A DNA stretch of 64,000 nucleotides from Flavobacteriales bacterium. GTDB taxonomy: Bacteria; Bacteroidota; Bacteroidia; Flavobacteriales_F; PHOS-HE28. The notes under the pieces are model-generated. The model searched no databases. It was not told the origin of the DNA and saw only the letters and a program-made list of their open reading frames with translations. A program made the translations under genes and the position numbers. This document shows, one piece after another, positions 11,001 through 19,427 of this stretch (positions within the stretch are counted from its first letter, which is position 1; the number at the start of each line of letters is the position of its first letter). The stretch lies in NCBI GenBank assembly GCA_035325445.1, contig DAOKZW010000002.1, positions 5,826 to 69,825 on the forward strand, given 5' to 3'.

Positions 11001-11973
11001 CGTGGCCCCGCGCAATGCGCGGGAAACGGCCCTTGCGGAGATCTGGGCGGACCTCCTGAAGGTGGACGGCATCGGCGTGCACGACAACTTCTTCGACCTG
11101 GGAGGCCATTCCTTGATCGGCATCCAGCTGCTGGCCCGCGTGGACGAGCGGATGGGCAAGAAGTTGCCGTTGAACAGCCTCTTCCAAGCGCCCACCATCG
11201 CGCAATTCGCCAAGCTGCTTCAAGACGGAACGAACACCGGGCTTGAGAACTTGGCGCTGTTGCAACCGGAAGGGGACCGCCTGCCATTTGTGCTGGTGCA
11301 CGGCGATGAGGCCAACCACCACATCATGCGCTACCTGGGCAAGGACCAGCCTTTCTACGCCTTCTTCCACCAGGGCGAGGAAGGGGAGCCCTTTGCGCAC
11401 AACTCCGTGGAGGAGATTGCCCAGCACTACATGGGCGAGCTGCTTTCGGTGCAACCCGACGGCCCCTACCTGCTTGGCGGCTATTCCTTCGGCGGGCTCG
11501 TGGCGTACGAAATGGCGCGCCAATTGACGTTGGCCGGCCACGAGGTGCCGCTCCTCGCCCTTTTCGACACGTATGCGCCGAAGGAACACGTGCAGGTGAT
11601 GAAGGAGGAGGAGAAGTTGCACGAGCCGCTGAAGCGCACCGTGATGCGCTGGCTGGTGAAACGCGCGCACGCCAAGGGGCGCATCACCTCGCCGAAACTG
11701 CGGCACTTCTACATCATCGACTCGTACAACCAAGCGATCGAACGGTACAGGCCCGAGCCTTATGCCGGCCCGGTCACGGTCCTCAAAGCCTCGGAATCCA
11801 AAGGTGCGGACGACATGGGATGGCGGAGGCTGGTGAAGGGGCCGTTGGACATCCATGTCCTGCCCGGCAACCACTTCAGCCTGATCAAAGGCGACGAGGT
11901 ACAGCAACTGGTGCGCGAGCTTTCCGTCGTCATCGACCGGGCGGTAAGCAAGCATGCGGTGGAAGCCGTGTAA
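8029..11973 (+). CDS. NRPS termination module: C - A - PCP - TE
   Basis: Condensation motif HHAVCDGWS. A-domain motifs YIMYTSGSTGKPKGV, FDASTLE, NGYGPTEN, YRTGD, GRADGQVKVRGFRIELGEIE. PCP DNFFDLGGHSLIG. Thioesterase GYSFGG. Starts 13 nt after the upstream megasynthase. Confidence 0.9.
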   Translation: MEKFIQEPRLVAVDFNPFAGPEIARTIPTTEAQREVFTASMMGHDASCAYNESVSLELSGELDRAALGSALQSLVDRHEALRATLDPTGMRMIIAGKAEVALSYSDLSALSGAEREQKLDEIGRTDMTTAFDLHQGPLFRVHLIRTSAHTHLLRLTGHHAVCDGWSLGIMMAEISGLYNAAKSGTPAKLPEASRFSEYSLATIDFAKSPEHQTVERYWMDLYKGTIPRMDLPTDRPRPMGKTYSGHRLDLPLTVEQVNALKGVATRTGASFVTTLLATFEVLLYRLTGDTDLVVGLPAAGQSDLGMKHLVGHCVNLLALRSRMNENASFQSFLKDRRTGVLDAFDNQKYTFGTLLRKLNIKREPGRIPLVPIVFNVDMNMDDGVSFHALEHRFISNPRAYENFELFLNATGHEDSLILEWSYNTDLFDQATVEGWMRQFTALIGRISANPDAAIVDLAGDAAPVAETAKVPAEWHGKETAFPQVDISTLFDQVAAQHADRTALELSGSTMSYGELRDRVHGLSKLLASLGVKPGEPVGLCVERGFDMVVAMLATLRAGGCFVPFDPGYPAERLELMLADTDVRVMLTQGHLANTLPAHKGRNILLEDADMSGQGGPMPQSGPESPAYIMYTSGSTGKPKGVVVPHRAIIRLVHDQNFLPFGPDLVFLQLSNISFDASTLELWGALLNGAKLVLQPQQKPTLQEIVQTVKDHGVTTVWFTAGLFNLMVDEHLEDLKGLKHILAGGDVLSVAHVRRALAELGPGVLINGYGPTENTTFTCCHAINSEKDLTPRIPIGAPLHNTTVHILDSAMKPVGVGEAGELYTGGAGVALGYWHNRQLTDEVFVDDPFSKRAGAKLYRTGDLVRWLPNGSVDFIGRADGQVKVRGFRIELGEIENAISAIAGVKDGVVVVRDDLPGEKQLVAYVVPSSEEQKAQEDLINAVREHLRGSLPGYMVPTAFMLLPVLPLNPNGKVDRKALPAPELRDRTMEVRHVAPRNARETALAEIWADLLKVDGIGVHDNFFDLGGHSLIGIQLLARVDERMGKKLPLNSLFQAPTIAQFAKLLQDGTNTGLENLALLQPEGDRLPFVLVHGDEANHHIMRYLGKDQPFYAFFHQGEEGEPFAHNSVEEIAQHYMGELLSVQPDGPYLLGGYSFGGLVAYEMARQLTLAGHEVPLLALFDTYAPKEHVQVMKEEEKLHEPLKRTVMRWLVKRAHAKGRITSPKLRHFYIIDSYNQAIERYRPEPYAGPVTVLKASESKGADDMGWRRLVKGPLDIHVLPGNHFSLIKGDEVQQLVRELSVVIDRAVSKHAVEAV

Positions 11974-11975
11974 GC

Positions 11976-12725
11976 ATGAAGCGCAGCCAGGCGTTGGTGG
12001 TCCATTGCGAGGCCCCCGGTTTCACGGAGGCCACCAGTGGGCATGTGCCCGGCAGCCCGCTGTCCGTACCGCTGGTCTGGTTCAGCCCGCTGGACGCCCT
12101 CCGCGACCGGCTGGACCGGTACATCACCCTATTGGACATGGAGGAGCGCGCACGTGCCGACCGGTTCCGCTTCGAAAGGGACCGGGAGCGCTATATCCTC
12201 GGGCATGGCCTGCTACGTGAGGTCCTGGGGTGGCACCTCGCGCAGCCGGCAGCGCAGCTCGTGATGCCCCGTGAGGAGTTCGGCAAGCCCTTCTTGGAGG
12301 GTCACCCCGTGCATTTCAACCTGAGCGATACCAAGGATGCGGTGCTCGTGGCCCTGCATCGCCTTCCTATTGGGGCCGACGTGGAGACCTTGAACCGCCG
12401 TACCGACCATGAAGAGGTGGCCGGGCACTACTTCACCCCGCGTGAAGTGGCAAGCATCGCCAAGGCGTCCGATGGCAAGCGGCGCTTCCTGGAGCTATGG
12501 ACCCGCAAGGAGGCGGTGCTGAAGGCCTGCGGGGTGGGCCTGATGGACGACCTGCACAGCCTGGAGGTGGGTGAAAGGGAAAACCGGATGACCATCTCCC
12601 ATCCCGAATTCATGCGGCTGGCCGCGCCGGAATACCATGTCCAAACCGCGCTGATCGGGACCGGCCATTTGGCCAGCATCGCTTGCGAAGAGCACTTCGA
12701 CAGGTGCATCCTGCAAAAGGTGTAG
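11976..12725 (+). CDS. Sfp-type 4'-phosphopantetheinyl transferase
   Basis: Motifs FNLSDT, GADVE and WTRKEAVLKACG (W/FxxKEA) are characteristic of Sfp-family PPTases. ATG at 11976 lies 2 nt after the NRPS stop (TAA 11971-11973). The track ORF 11820..12725 is a 5' over-extension. Confidence 0.8.
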   Translation: MKRSQALVVHCEAPGFTEATSGHVPGSPLSVPLVWFSPLDALRDRLDRYITLLDMEERARADRFRFERDRERYILGHGLLREVLGWHLAQPAAQLVMPREEFGKPFLEGHPVHFNLSDTKDAVLVALHRLPIGADVETLNRRTDHEEVAGHYFTPREVASIAKASDGKRRFLELWTRKEAVLKACGVGLMDDLHSLEVGERENRMTISHPEFMRLAAPEYHVQTALIGTGHLASIACEEHFDRCILQKV

Positions 12726-12756
12726 CCTCGGGCCCGGCCTTGCGCGCCCCGGCCAC

Positions 12757-14208
12757 TCAGTCCTCATCACCGTAAAACCGGGGATGGAAGTTGAGCAGGT
12801 AGAGCTGCTCACTGGCCCTGGTGATGGCGGTATACAGCCATCGCACATACTCCCGATCGATCATTTCCTCCGTTACGTAGCCTTGATCGACGAACACGCT
12901 TCGCCACTGCCCGCCTTGGGCCTTGTGGGCGGTAACCGCGTATGCATACTTCACCTGCAACGCATTCACATAAGGGTCTTGCCGGAAGAGCTTGAAGCGC
13001 TCCGCCTTGGTGCGGGCCACGATGCCGGCCAACACATCCTGCGATAACTGGCGCATGCGCGGACCGGGCAATGCGGGCCCTTCCGTGGCCAGCACATCCA
13101 GGATCACCTTCACCTCCAGTTCCCGTTCATCACGCCCGTCCCACCAGGCCACGGTGAGGTCCGCGAAACGAAGTCCGTGCCGCTCCTCGGTCCGGTGCAC
13201 GCGAAGCACGTTCACCTGCTCGCCATTGGCGATCAGGTTGAAGCTTCCGCCCCCCGGCCCGCTCTCCCGGGCCGCCCAGTAGTAGTTGTTCTTCACCACC
13301 ATGAGCCGGTCGTTGGCCTCCAGCTCCTCCTCGAAACCATGTATGCGTGCACGTACCTGCTGGCTGTATTGGTATGCGCGTTTGTTGCTACGGCAGATCA
13401 GGCACACCTCTTCATCGCCATGCCTGGCATAAGCCTCCTCCAAGGCATCCTGCAGGTCGTGGCCATCCACACGCACCACATCGGGATGATCCGTGCTGAA
13501 CCGGGGGATGGCCCTTTCCGTGGGCGCATCATCCCCCGCCCCGGCCCCGTGCATGTCAGCCAACAGGTCCCGCAAGGCCGTGGCGTTGGCCAAGATGCCC
13601 GATTCACCCGCCTGGCGCACCACGTCCGTGAGCTCCACGCTGCCGGCCAGCAGGCCGTACTCACCCAGGTCCTTCACCTCCAAGGCCGGGCTGTGTTCGC
13701 TGCCCACGGGCGGCAACTGCGCCGGATCACCGATCAACAGCAGCTTATTGCCGGGGGAGGCGAACACGTGCTCAAACAGGTCGGCCAGCAGGTCGCGCTC
13801 ATACATGCCCTCTCCGCCCCTGCCGATCATGCTGGCTTCGTCCACCACGAAAAGGGCCTCACGATCCCGGTTGGGGGCCAGCGCCAGGCCGCTGAAGTCC
13901 CCGTCCTCACCGGTCCTGTATATCCTGCGATGGATGGTGCTTGCCGGTGCGCCGGCGTAGGCGCCCAGCACCTTGGCGGCCCTGCCGGTAGGGGCCAGCA
14001 GCACCACCGGGCGGCGGAGGTCGGCCAGCACCTTCACCAAAGCGCCCACCAAGGTGGTTTTGCCCGTGCCTGCGTAGCCCTTCAGCACCAGCGTTGCCCG
14101 GAGCTTCGGGGTGTCCACCAAGCGTTCCAAGGCTGCCATGGCCCTGTGCTGGCCCGGGGTGGGTTGATGGCCCAAACGGGCAAGCAAGCGATCGGCCAAG
14201 GCTGGCAT
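12757..14208 (-). CDS. RecD/TraA-like ATP-dependent DNA helicase (AAA_30 family)
   Basis: Walker A GYAGTGKTT, Walker B LFVVDEASM, helicase C-terminal region. Start assigned to the Met of MPALADRLL (CAT at 14206-14208) rather than the track start at 14313. Confidence 0.7.
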   Translation of the reverse strand: MPALADRLLARLGHQPTPGQHRAMAALERLVDTPKLRATLVLKGYAGTGKTTLVGALVKVLADLRRPVVLLAPTGRAAKVLGAYAGAPASTIHRRIYRTGEDGDFSGLALAPNRDREALFVVDEASMIGRGGEGMYERDLLADLFEHVFASPGNKLLLIGDPAQLPPVGSEHSPALEVKDLGEYGLLAGSVELTDVVRQAGESGILANATALRDLLADMHGAGAGDDAPTERAIPRFSTDHPDVVRVDGHDLQDALEEAYARHGDEEVCLICRSNKRAYQYSQQVRARIHGFEEELEANDRLMVVKNNYYWAARESGPGGGSFNLIANGEQVNVLRVHRTEERHGLRFADLTVAWWDGRDERELEVKVILDVLATEGPALPGPRMRQLSQDVLAGIVARTKAERFKLFRQDPYVNALQVKYAYAVTAHKAQGGQWRSVFVDQGYVTEEMIDREYVRWLYTAITRASEQLYLLNFHPRFYGDED

Positions 14209-15112
14209 GGGCGGTGAAGTTCGGCAGCGCAGCCGGAATGCGAATGCCGCGCTCCCGCCATTCGCCTTCTCCATGCTTCCTTTGTGGTCCACGGGCAACG
14301 GCCCGGCCGCCATGCATACCGATACTTTTCACCCGAGCTACGACCCTGCCCAGGAACACGCTTGGCACCTCAGCTTCTGGCTCTCGCCGGGGCTGCAGGC
14401 ATGGAGCGTGCACGAACGGTCGTCCGGAAGGCTCGTGGGGCTGGCCTCGGGGCCAAACGAAGACCTGCCCTTGCCGGGGCGGCTTCCCGTGAGGCCTTCG
14501 AGCGTGTCCTTCACCGCCATGCCCGAGGTGAGCGCCTTGGTGCCCGAGAGCGCCATGGAGCCCGGCAGCGGCCTGCAACACCTGAAATTGGTGCACGGCA
14601 AGGTGCCCACAGGCCTGCTACGGGATGAACCAGTGGACACTTTGGGGGCGCACTGCATCTACCTGCATGACGAGCAGGCCGAGCTGAACCTGCTGAAACG
14701 CTTTCCCGGGGCCCGCTCCCTGCCTTTGCAAGGCACCCTGATCAGCCATGCCTTGGGCCGCTCGGCCTCCGCGCCGGTGGCCGTGGTACACCGCGCGCCC
14801 AACCGGGTAGACCTGGTGGTCGCCGATCACGGCAGGCTTCTGCTGAGCAACACCTTCTTCGCCACCACCCCGGAAGATGTGCTGTACTACACGCTGTTTG
14901 CCGTGGAGCAGTGCGGCCTGGCGCCGGGGGATATACAGCTTCGCACGGGCGGCACCCATCTCACCGCGGCCGACGAGCATCTGCTTGCCGACTATTTCAC
15001 CTCCGGCCCGGTGCCCACCACCGGCAAGGCCGACCCCGTGCTATCGCTGTTGGCCTTGCCTGATGCACATCGTTGGACCGGGTTGATCGAACAATTCCCA
15101 TGCGCATCGTAG
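14207..15112 (+). CDS. hypothetical protein, DUF3822-like (conserved Bacteroidota gene upstream of rsmD)
   Basis: Family assignment from the gene's position immediately upstream of rsmD/coaD, as in Bacteroidota; no diagnostic motif was read, so the family call is by recall. Precise start uncertain (candidate Mets at 14273 and 14312). Confidence 0.45.
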   Translation: MGGEVRQRSRNANAALPPFAFSMLPLWSTGNGPAAMHTDTFHPSYDPAQEHAWHLSFWLSPGLQAWSVHERSSGRLVGLASGPNEDLPLPGRLPVRPSSVSFTAMPEVSALVPESAMEPGSGLQHLKLVHGKVPTGLLRDEPVDTLGAHCIYLHDEQAELNLLKRFPGARSLPLQGTLISHALGRSASAPVAVVHRAPNRVDLVVADHGRLLLSNTFFATTPEDVLYYTLFAVEQCGLAPGDIQLRTGGTHLTAADEHLLADYFTSGPVPTTGKADPVLSLLALPDAHRWTGLIEQFPCAS

Positions 15113-15648
15113 CCGGCCGCTTCAAGGGCAAACGCATCCATCCGCCGAAGGAGATCGCGGCACGCCCCACCACGGACTTCGCCAAGGAGGCCCTCTTCAA
15201 CATCCTTCAGCACTCCATTGCGCTGGAAGGCATCCGCGTGCTCGACCTGTTTGCGGGCGCCGGGGGCATCTCGCTCGAATTCCTCAGCCGCTGTGCGGAG
15301 GAGGTGATCAGCGTGGAACAGGACCGCACGTTGTTCGCACACCTGCAGCGTACCGGGCGCGAGCTGGGCATCGACAACTGGCACTTGGTGAAGGCGGATG
15401 CCTTCGCCTACCTGAACACCGACCGCAGCCGGTACGATGTGATCTTCGCAGACCCCCCGTTCCATTTGCCCGAAACGGCCAGTTTGCCGGCACGGGTCCG
15501 CGATGCAGGCCTGCTCGCCCCTGACGGCCTGCTGATCGTGGAGCATTACAAGGAACTGGACCTCAGCAACGATCCGTGGTTCGATGTTTGCCGGAAGTAC
15601 AGCAACATCCATTTCAGCTTCTTCACCCCGAAAAGTGAACAACCATGA
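15100..15648 (+). CDS. rsmD: 16S rRNA (guanine966-N2)-methyltransferase RsmD
   Basis: MRIVAGRFKGKRIHPP ... VLDLFAGAGGISLEF ... DVIFADPPF are RsmD signature motifs. Start moved to the Met of MRIVAG. Confidence 0.8.
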   Translation: MRIVAGRFKGKRIHPPKEIAARPTTDFAKEALFNILQHSIALEGIRVLDLFAGAGGISLEFLSRCAEEVISVEQDRTLFAHLQRTGRELGIDNWHLVKADAFAYLNTDRSRYDVIFADPPFHLPETASLPARVRDAGLLAPDGLLIVEHYKELDLSNDPWFDVCRKYSNIHFSFFTPKSEQP

Positions 15649-16109
15649 GCACCGGCAAGCAGATCGCCGTTTTTCCCGGGTCCTTCGACCCGGTGACCAT
15701 CGGGCATGTCAGCATCGTGCAGCGCGCACTCCCCTTGTTCGACAAGGTGGTGGTGGCCATGGGCGAGAACATCACCAAACGCTACATGTTCCCCACGGAA
15801 CAGCGCCTGCGGTGGCTGAAGGAGACATTCGCCGCGGAGCCCAAGGTGGAGGTGATCGCCTTCCAAGGGCTGACGGCCGACCTGTGCCAGGAACTCGGCG
15901 CGCGGTACATCGTGCGCGGCCTGCGCAACAGCACCGACCATGGGACGGAGCGGAGCATCGCACTGATGAACCATGCCCTGCGCGGCGTGGAGACCATCTT
16001 CCTGCCGGCCCTGCCGGAGCATGCGCATATCAGCAGCACCATCGTGCGCGAGCTGCTCGCCAATAAGGCCGACGTTTCCGCGTTCGTTCCTTCTGCGGTA
16101 CGCCCCTGA
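15645..16109 (+). CDS. coaD: phosphopantetheine adenylyltransferase
   Basis: IAVFPGSFDPVTIGHVSIV (HxGH nucleotidyltransferase motif) and C-terminal ISSTIVRE. Overlaps rsmD stop by 4 nt. Confidence 0.9.
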   Translation: MSTGKQIAVFPGSFDPVTIGHVSIVQRALPLFDKVVVAMGENITKRYMFPTEQRLRWLKETFAAEPKVEVIAFQGLTADLCQELGARYIVRGLRNSTDHGTERSIALMNHALRGVETIFLPALPEHAHISSTIVRELLANKADVSAFVPSAVRP

Positions 16110-17626
16110 TGAAGAAGATCCTGGCCGGTCTCTCCGTGCTCCTCTGCCTGGCGGCGGAAGCGGGCGGCGTGCACCTGCTTGTGGACGCCCCGGCCTATGC
16201 CGGCCAGCAGGTTACGCTGTACCGCTACATGGACCTGTTCACCCGCCGCCTGGAGCCCTTGGCCAAGGGCATGATGGATGCCCAAGGACAGATCCGCCTG
16301 GATGCGGAGGTGGAGGGCACGCAAAAGGCCCTGCTGCTGGTGGGTGGTGCGGGCGCGGACCTGTGGCTGCGCGCCGGCAACTACCATGTGCAACTGTCAC
16401 CCCCGGCACCGGGGCAGCCGCGTTCGTTGGGCAAGGCCGCCCAGGCCGACCTGCTCTTCATCGACCTGGACCCGCTTGATGTGAATGCCTTGGTCGGCGA
16501 CCTGAACGAACGGCTGGACGCCTTCCTGGCCGAGGGCCTCGCCACCGACCGGAGCGCTGCGATGGGCGCCATCGGGCAGGCCCGCAGCGGCGGAGAGGCC
16601 ATAGCCCCCGACACCACCGGCGCCGCCCGTAGCCTGTACATCGCACCCACTTGGGAAGGCAGCCGCGTGGACACCTTCGGGCAGAAGCTTGAGCGATTCT
16701 ACGCCGGTGTGCAAGACCCTTGGTTCAAGGCGGATGTGGAATACGGGCTGGCGGGCCTGCGCCTGGGGCCCAAGGCCAATAATCGCGCCCTGTACAACCG
16801 CTACCTGAACGGGAGGCCGGTGCTGTACGACGTGCCGGAATACATCCGGTTCTTTTCCACCTTCTTCGCCGACCACCTCCGGCGTTTCCCCTTCCGCAGC
16901 CATGCGGATGCCCTGCTGCGCCAAGTCAAGGAAGGCGCCACCGACAGCCTGAAGGCATTGCTGGCCACCAACGATTTCCTGGTGGACGACCGCCTGAACG
17001 AGCTGGTGCTGATCACGAACCTGTACGCCGAACACGCCCATGCCCTGCTGGACCGCAACGGCATCCTGCGGGTGCTCGGCGAGGTGCGCGACCGGTCGGC
17101 ATACCCGGAACACCGCCGGATAGCGGGCAACATGATCTGGGACCTCACCGCCATGGGCAAGGGCTCCGCGCTGCCGGACGGCGCCCTTCTGGACCAGGCG
17201 GGCCGCACCTTGGCACTGGACAGCCTGCTGCAAGGCCCCACCTGCCTGCTCGTGGCCCGGCCGGGCAATCCGTATAGCGACCAGGAGCTTGTGGCCATGA
17301 ACCAACTGGCACGGGACTATGCAGGGGTGGTCCGCTTCCTGTACGTGATCCTGGGGCACACGCCGGCCGAGCTGGCCGCTTGGCGGAAGAGCGCCCCCCC
17401 TGCGGGCGGCGTGTGGGCCGTTCCCGCCGATCAGCGTGCGCTGCTGGACCAATGGCGCATCAGCCAGGCACCGATGGTATTGCTGCTGGAGGGCCGCACC
17501 TTGAGCGCCTCCCCCGGCCCGCTGCCCAGCCAAGGGCTTGTATCGGAGCTGCACCGGACAAGGGTGGCCGCCGAGCGCGAACAGAAGCTCAACCGCGAGC
17601 GTGGCGTGCCTGCCCCCAAGCGCTAA
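16109..17626 (+). CDS. exported hypothetical protein with C-terminal thioredoxin-like region
   Basis: Signal peptide MKKILAGLSVLLCLAAEAGG. No catalytic CxxC seen. Family not recognised. Confidence 0.5.
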   Translation: MKKILAGLSVLLCLAAEAGGVHLLVDAPAYAGQQVTLYRYMDLFTRRLEPLAKGMMDAQGQIRLDAEVEGTQKALLLVGGAGADLWLRAGNYHVQLSPPAPGQPRSLGKAAQADLLFIDLDPLDVNALVGDLNERLDAFLAEGLATDRSAAMGAIGQARSGGEAIAPDTTGAARSLYIAPTWEGSRVDTFGQKLERFYAGVQDPWFKADVEYGLAGLRLGPKANNRALYNRYLNGRPVLYDVPEYIRFFSTFFADHLRRFPFRSHADALLRQVKEGATDSLKALLATNDFLVDDRLNELVLITNLYAEHAHALLDRNGILRVLGEVRDRSAYPEHRRIAGNMIWDLTAMGKGSALPDGALLDQAGRTLALDSLLQGPTCLLVARPGNPYSDQELVAMNQLARDYAGVVRFLYVILGHTPAELAAWRKSAPPAGGVWAVPADQRALLDQWRISQAPMVLLLEGRTLSASPGPLPSQGLVSELHRTRVAAEREQKLNRERGVPAPKR

Positions 17627-18227
17627 GCACGCGGCGGACCGACGGGTAAGTATCCCGCCACATGGCCTCCACGCCTGCCGCATCCAGCCACTGCACCGCA
17701 TCGATATCCTCTTCGGCCTGGGGCACGAGCGCTTCCGCGGCATGGCCCCGCATGAGGTACCACCGGGTCCGTTTCAGGTGTTGCTCCCCTTGGCGGGCGT
17801 AGGTATGCCACGTATCACACAGGTGCCGCACCACCTCCAGCTGCCGCAGGCCGCACTCCTCCTGCACCTCGCGCACGGCGGCAACATCCAGGGCCTCCCC
17901 GGCCTCCACTTTTCCCTTGGGAAGGTCCCACCGGCCCAGCCGATGGATGGCCAGCAGCCGGCCCGCCTCATCCTCCACGGCGCCACCGGCGGCCTCCACC
18001 GCCCGGAAGCCGTCCTGGAACCACTGCCACAGCTCATCCACCGGCCGGCCGAAGACATGGATGCCCCGCAGCTCCTGCTGCTTGGCCAGTGTCTCCTTGG
18101 CCAAGCGCATCTCCTCCGGGCTTTCCACCCGCAAATACAGCCAGTTGCCCGGTATCTCCCGTAAATTGGGCTCCTCCCCGATGGTGAAGCTCCTGCCGTC
18201 GGTATGGACTTCGTATTTTTGCCGCAT
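17589..18227 (-). CDS. NUDIX hydrolase
   Basis: Nudix box GKVEAGEALDVAAVREVQEECGL. Confidence 0.8.
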   Translation of the reverse strand: MRQKYEVHTDGRSFTIGEEPNLREIPGNWLYLRVESPEEMRLAKETLAKQQELRGIHVFGRPVDELWQWFQDGFRAVEAAGGAVEDEAGRLLAIHRLGRWDLPKGKVEAGEALDVAAVREVQEECGLRQLEVVRHLCDTWHTYARQGEQHLKRTRWYLMRGHAAEALVPQAEEDIDAVQWLDAAGVEAMWRDTYPSVRRVLSAWGQARHARG

Positions 18228-18900
18228 GGATCCCCGCCTCGAACCGGCATTGAAGATCGCCGAATTCCTTCTGCGAATAAAGGCCGTGAGGCTTGAACCT
18301 CAAAACCCGTTCACCTGGGCCAGCGGTTGGAAGAGCCCGATCTATTGCGACAACCGCAAGACGCTGAGCCATCCGGTGATGCGCACGTTCATCCGCCAGC
18401 AGTTCGTGGAAGCCATCCAGGACAAGTTCGGCAAGCCGGACATGATCGCGGGCGTGGCCACGGGCGGCATCGCACATGGTGCCTTGGTGGCCCAGGAACT
18501 GGGGCTTCCCTTCATCTATGTGCGCAGCTCGGCCAAGGGCCACGGCCTGAAGAACATGGTGGAGGGCGACCTTTCACAGGGCCGGAGCGTGGTGGTGGTG
18601 GAGGACCTGGTGAGCACCGGGAAGAGCAGCCTGCAGGCCGTGGCCGCGCTGCGCGAGGAGCAGTGCGAAGTAAAAGGCATGGTGAGCATATTCACATACG
18701 GGCTGAAGGATGCCACGGAAGCCTTTGCCAAGGAGCGCGTGCGCCTCTATGCATTGACGAACTACAACATCCTGCTGAAGCAGGCCATTGCCGACAACTA
18801 CATCACCGAAAAGGACCTGCAGTCCTTGAACAGTTGGCGCGAAAACCCCGCCGAATGGGGCGGCACGGCCGCGGCCACTGCCAGCGGCGCAACAGCATAA
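18226..18900 (+). CDS. pyrE: orotate phosphoribosyltransferase
   Basis: PRPP-binding motif VVVVEDLVSTGKS. The N-terminus MDPRLEPALKIAEF and overall length match PyrE. The track ORF 17917..18900 is an over-extension; ATG at 18226. Confidence 0.85.
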   Translation: MDPRLEPALKIAEFLLRIKAVRLEPQNPFTWASGWKSPIYCDNRKTLSHPVMRTFIRQQFVEAIQDKFGKPDMIAGVATGGIAHGALVAQELGLPFIYVRSSAKGHGLKNMVEGDLSQGRSVVVVEDLVSTGKSSLQAVAALREEQCEVKGMVSIFTYGLKDATEAFAKERVRLYALTNYNILLKQAIADNYITEKDLQSLNSWRENPAEWGGTAAATASGATA

Positions 18901-18930
18901 GAGCCGCCACCACAGCCCCAAGGCCAACAC

Positions 18931-19332
18931 ATGACGAGCATCCAAAGCAAGAGCGTCCGCATCAACCGGACGGCGGAAGAGTTGTACCATTTCCTGCAGG
19001 ACATGCACAACTTCGAGCAACTGCTGCCGCAAAACCACATCAGCGATTGGAAGTGCGACGGCCAGTCCTGTTCCTTCAAGGTGCAAGGCGCGGCCACCAT
19101 CGGCCTGGCCTTGGATGGCGGCACGCCGAACTCCCTGGTGAAGATGAAGAGCACGGACCGCGCACCCTTTCCCTTCACCCTGGACGTGCACCTGGAGGAA
19201 AAGGACGGGGTGACGGAAGCACACCAACTCTTCCAGGGGGACATCAACCCCTTCCTGCGGATGATGGTGGAGAAGCCGTTGAAGAACCTCTTCGACCACA
19301 TCGCCGACAAGATGGTGGCCCTGCACGGGTGA
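18931..19332 (+). CDS. SRPBCC (START/Bet v1-like) family hypothetical protein
   Basis: 133-aa protein. Fold assignment by general resemblance only. Confidence 0.4.
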   Translation: MTSIQSKSVRINRTAEELYHFLQDMHNFEQLLPQNHISDWKCDGQSCSFKVQGAATIGLALDGGTPNSLVKMKSTDRAPFPFTLDVHLEEKDGVTEAHQLFQGDINPFLRMMVEKPLKNLFDHIADKMVALHG

Positions 19333-19427
19333 GGCCCGTGCCTGCCCAGGCCGCCCAACTTCCAAAAAGTGCAACGAACCGGACATCCGCCCCGCGGGTG
19401 CTCCAATTTCGTGGGCACGCTCGCGCC

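Noticed and set aside
8605-11955. Minus-strand ORFs 8605..10860 (751 aa) and 10870..11955 (361 aa)
   Set aside because: Antisense to the NRPS C-A-PCP-TE gene, which has clear domain motifs. No motifs in these frames.
13177-14217. 346-aa plus ORF inside the helicase gene; similar shadow ORFs at 16397..17743, 18798..20306, 36644..37495, 38029..39861, 53555..55312, 55398..56300, 57245..58390, 58269..59630, 59443..60732, 61316..62599
   Set aside because: Each is antisense to a gene with strong family motifs, has a low-complexity composition, and lacks motifs.
18327-19427. 5' extension of the ABC exporter ORF to 974 aa
   Set aside because: The upstream 367 codons are Arg/Gly/Pro-rich junk overlapping pyrE and the SRPBCC gene in other frames. 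A canonical start (MATKKGNN) with the TM domain begins at 19428.
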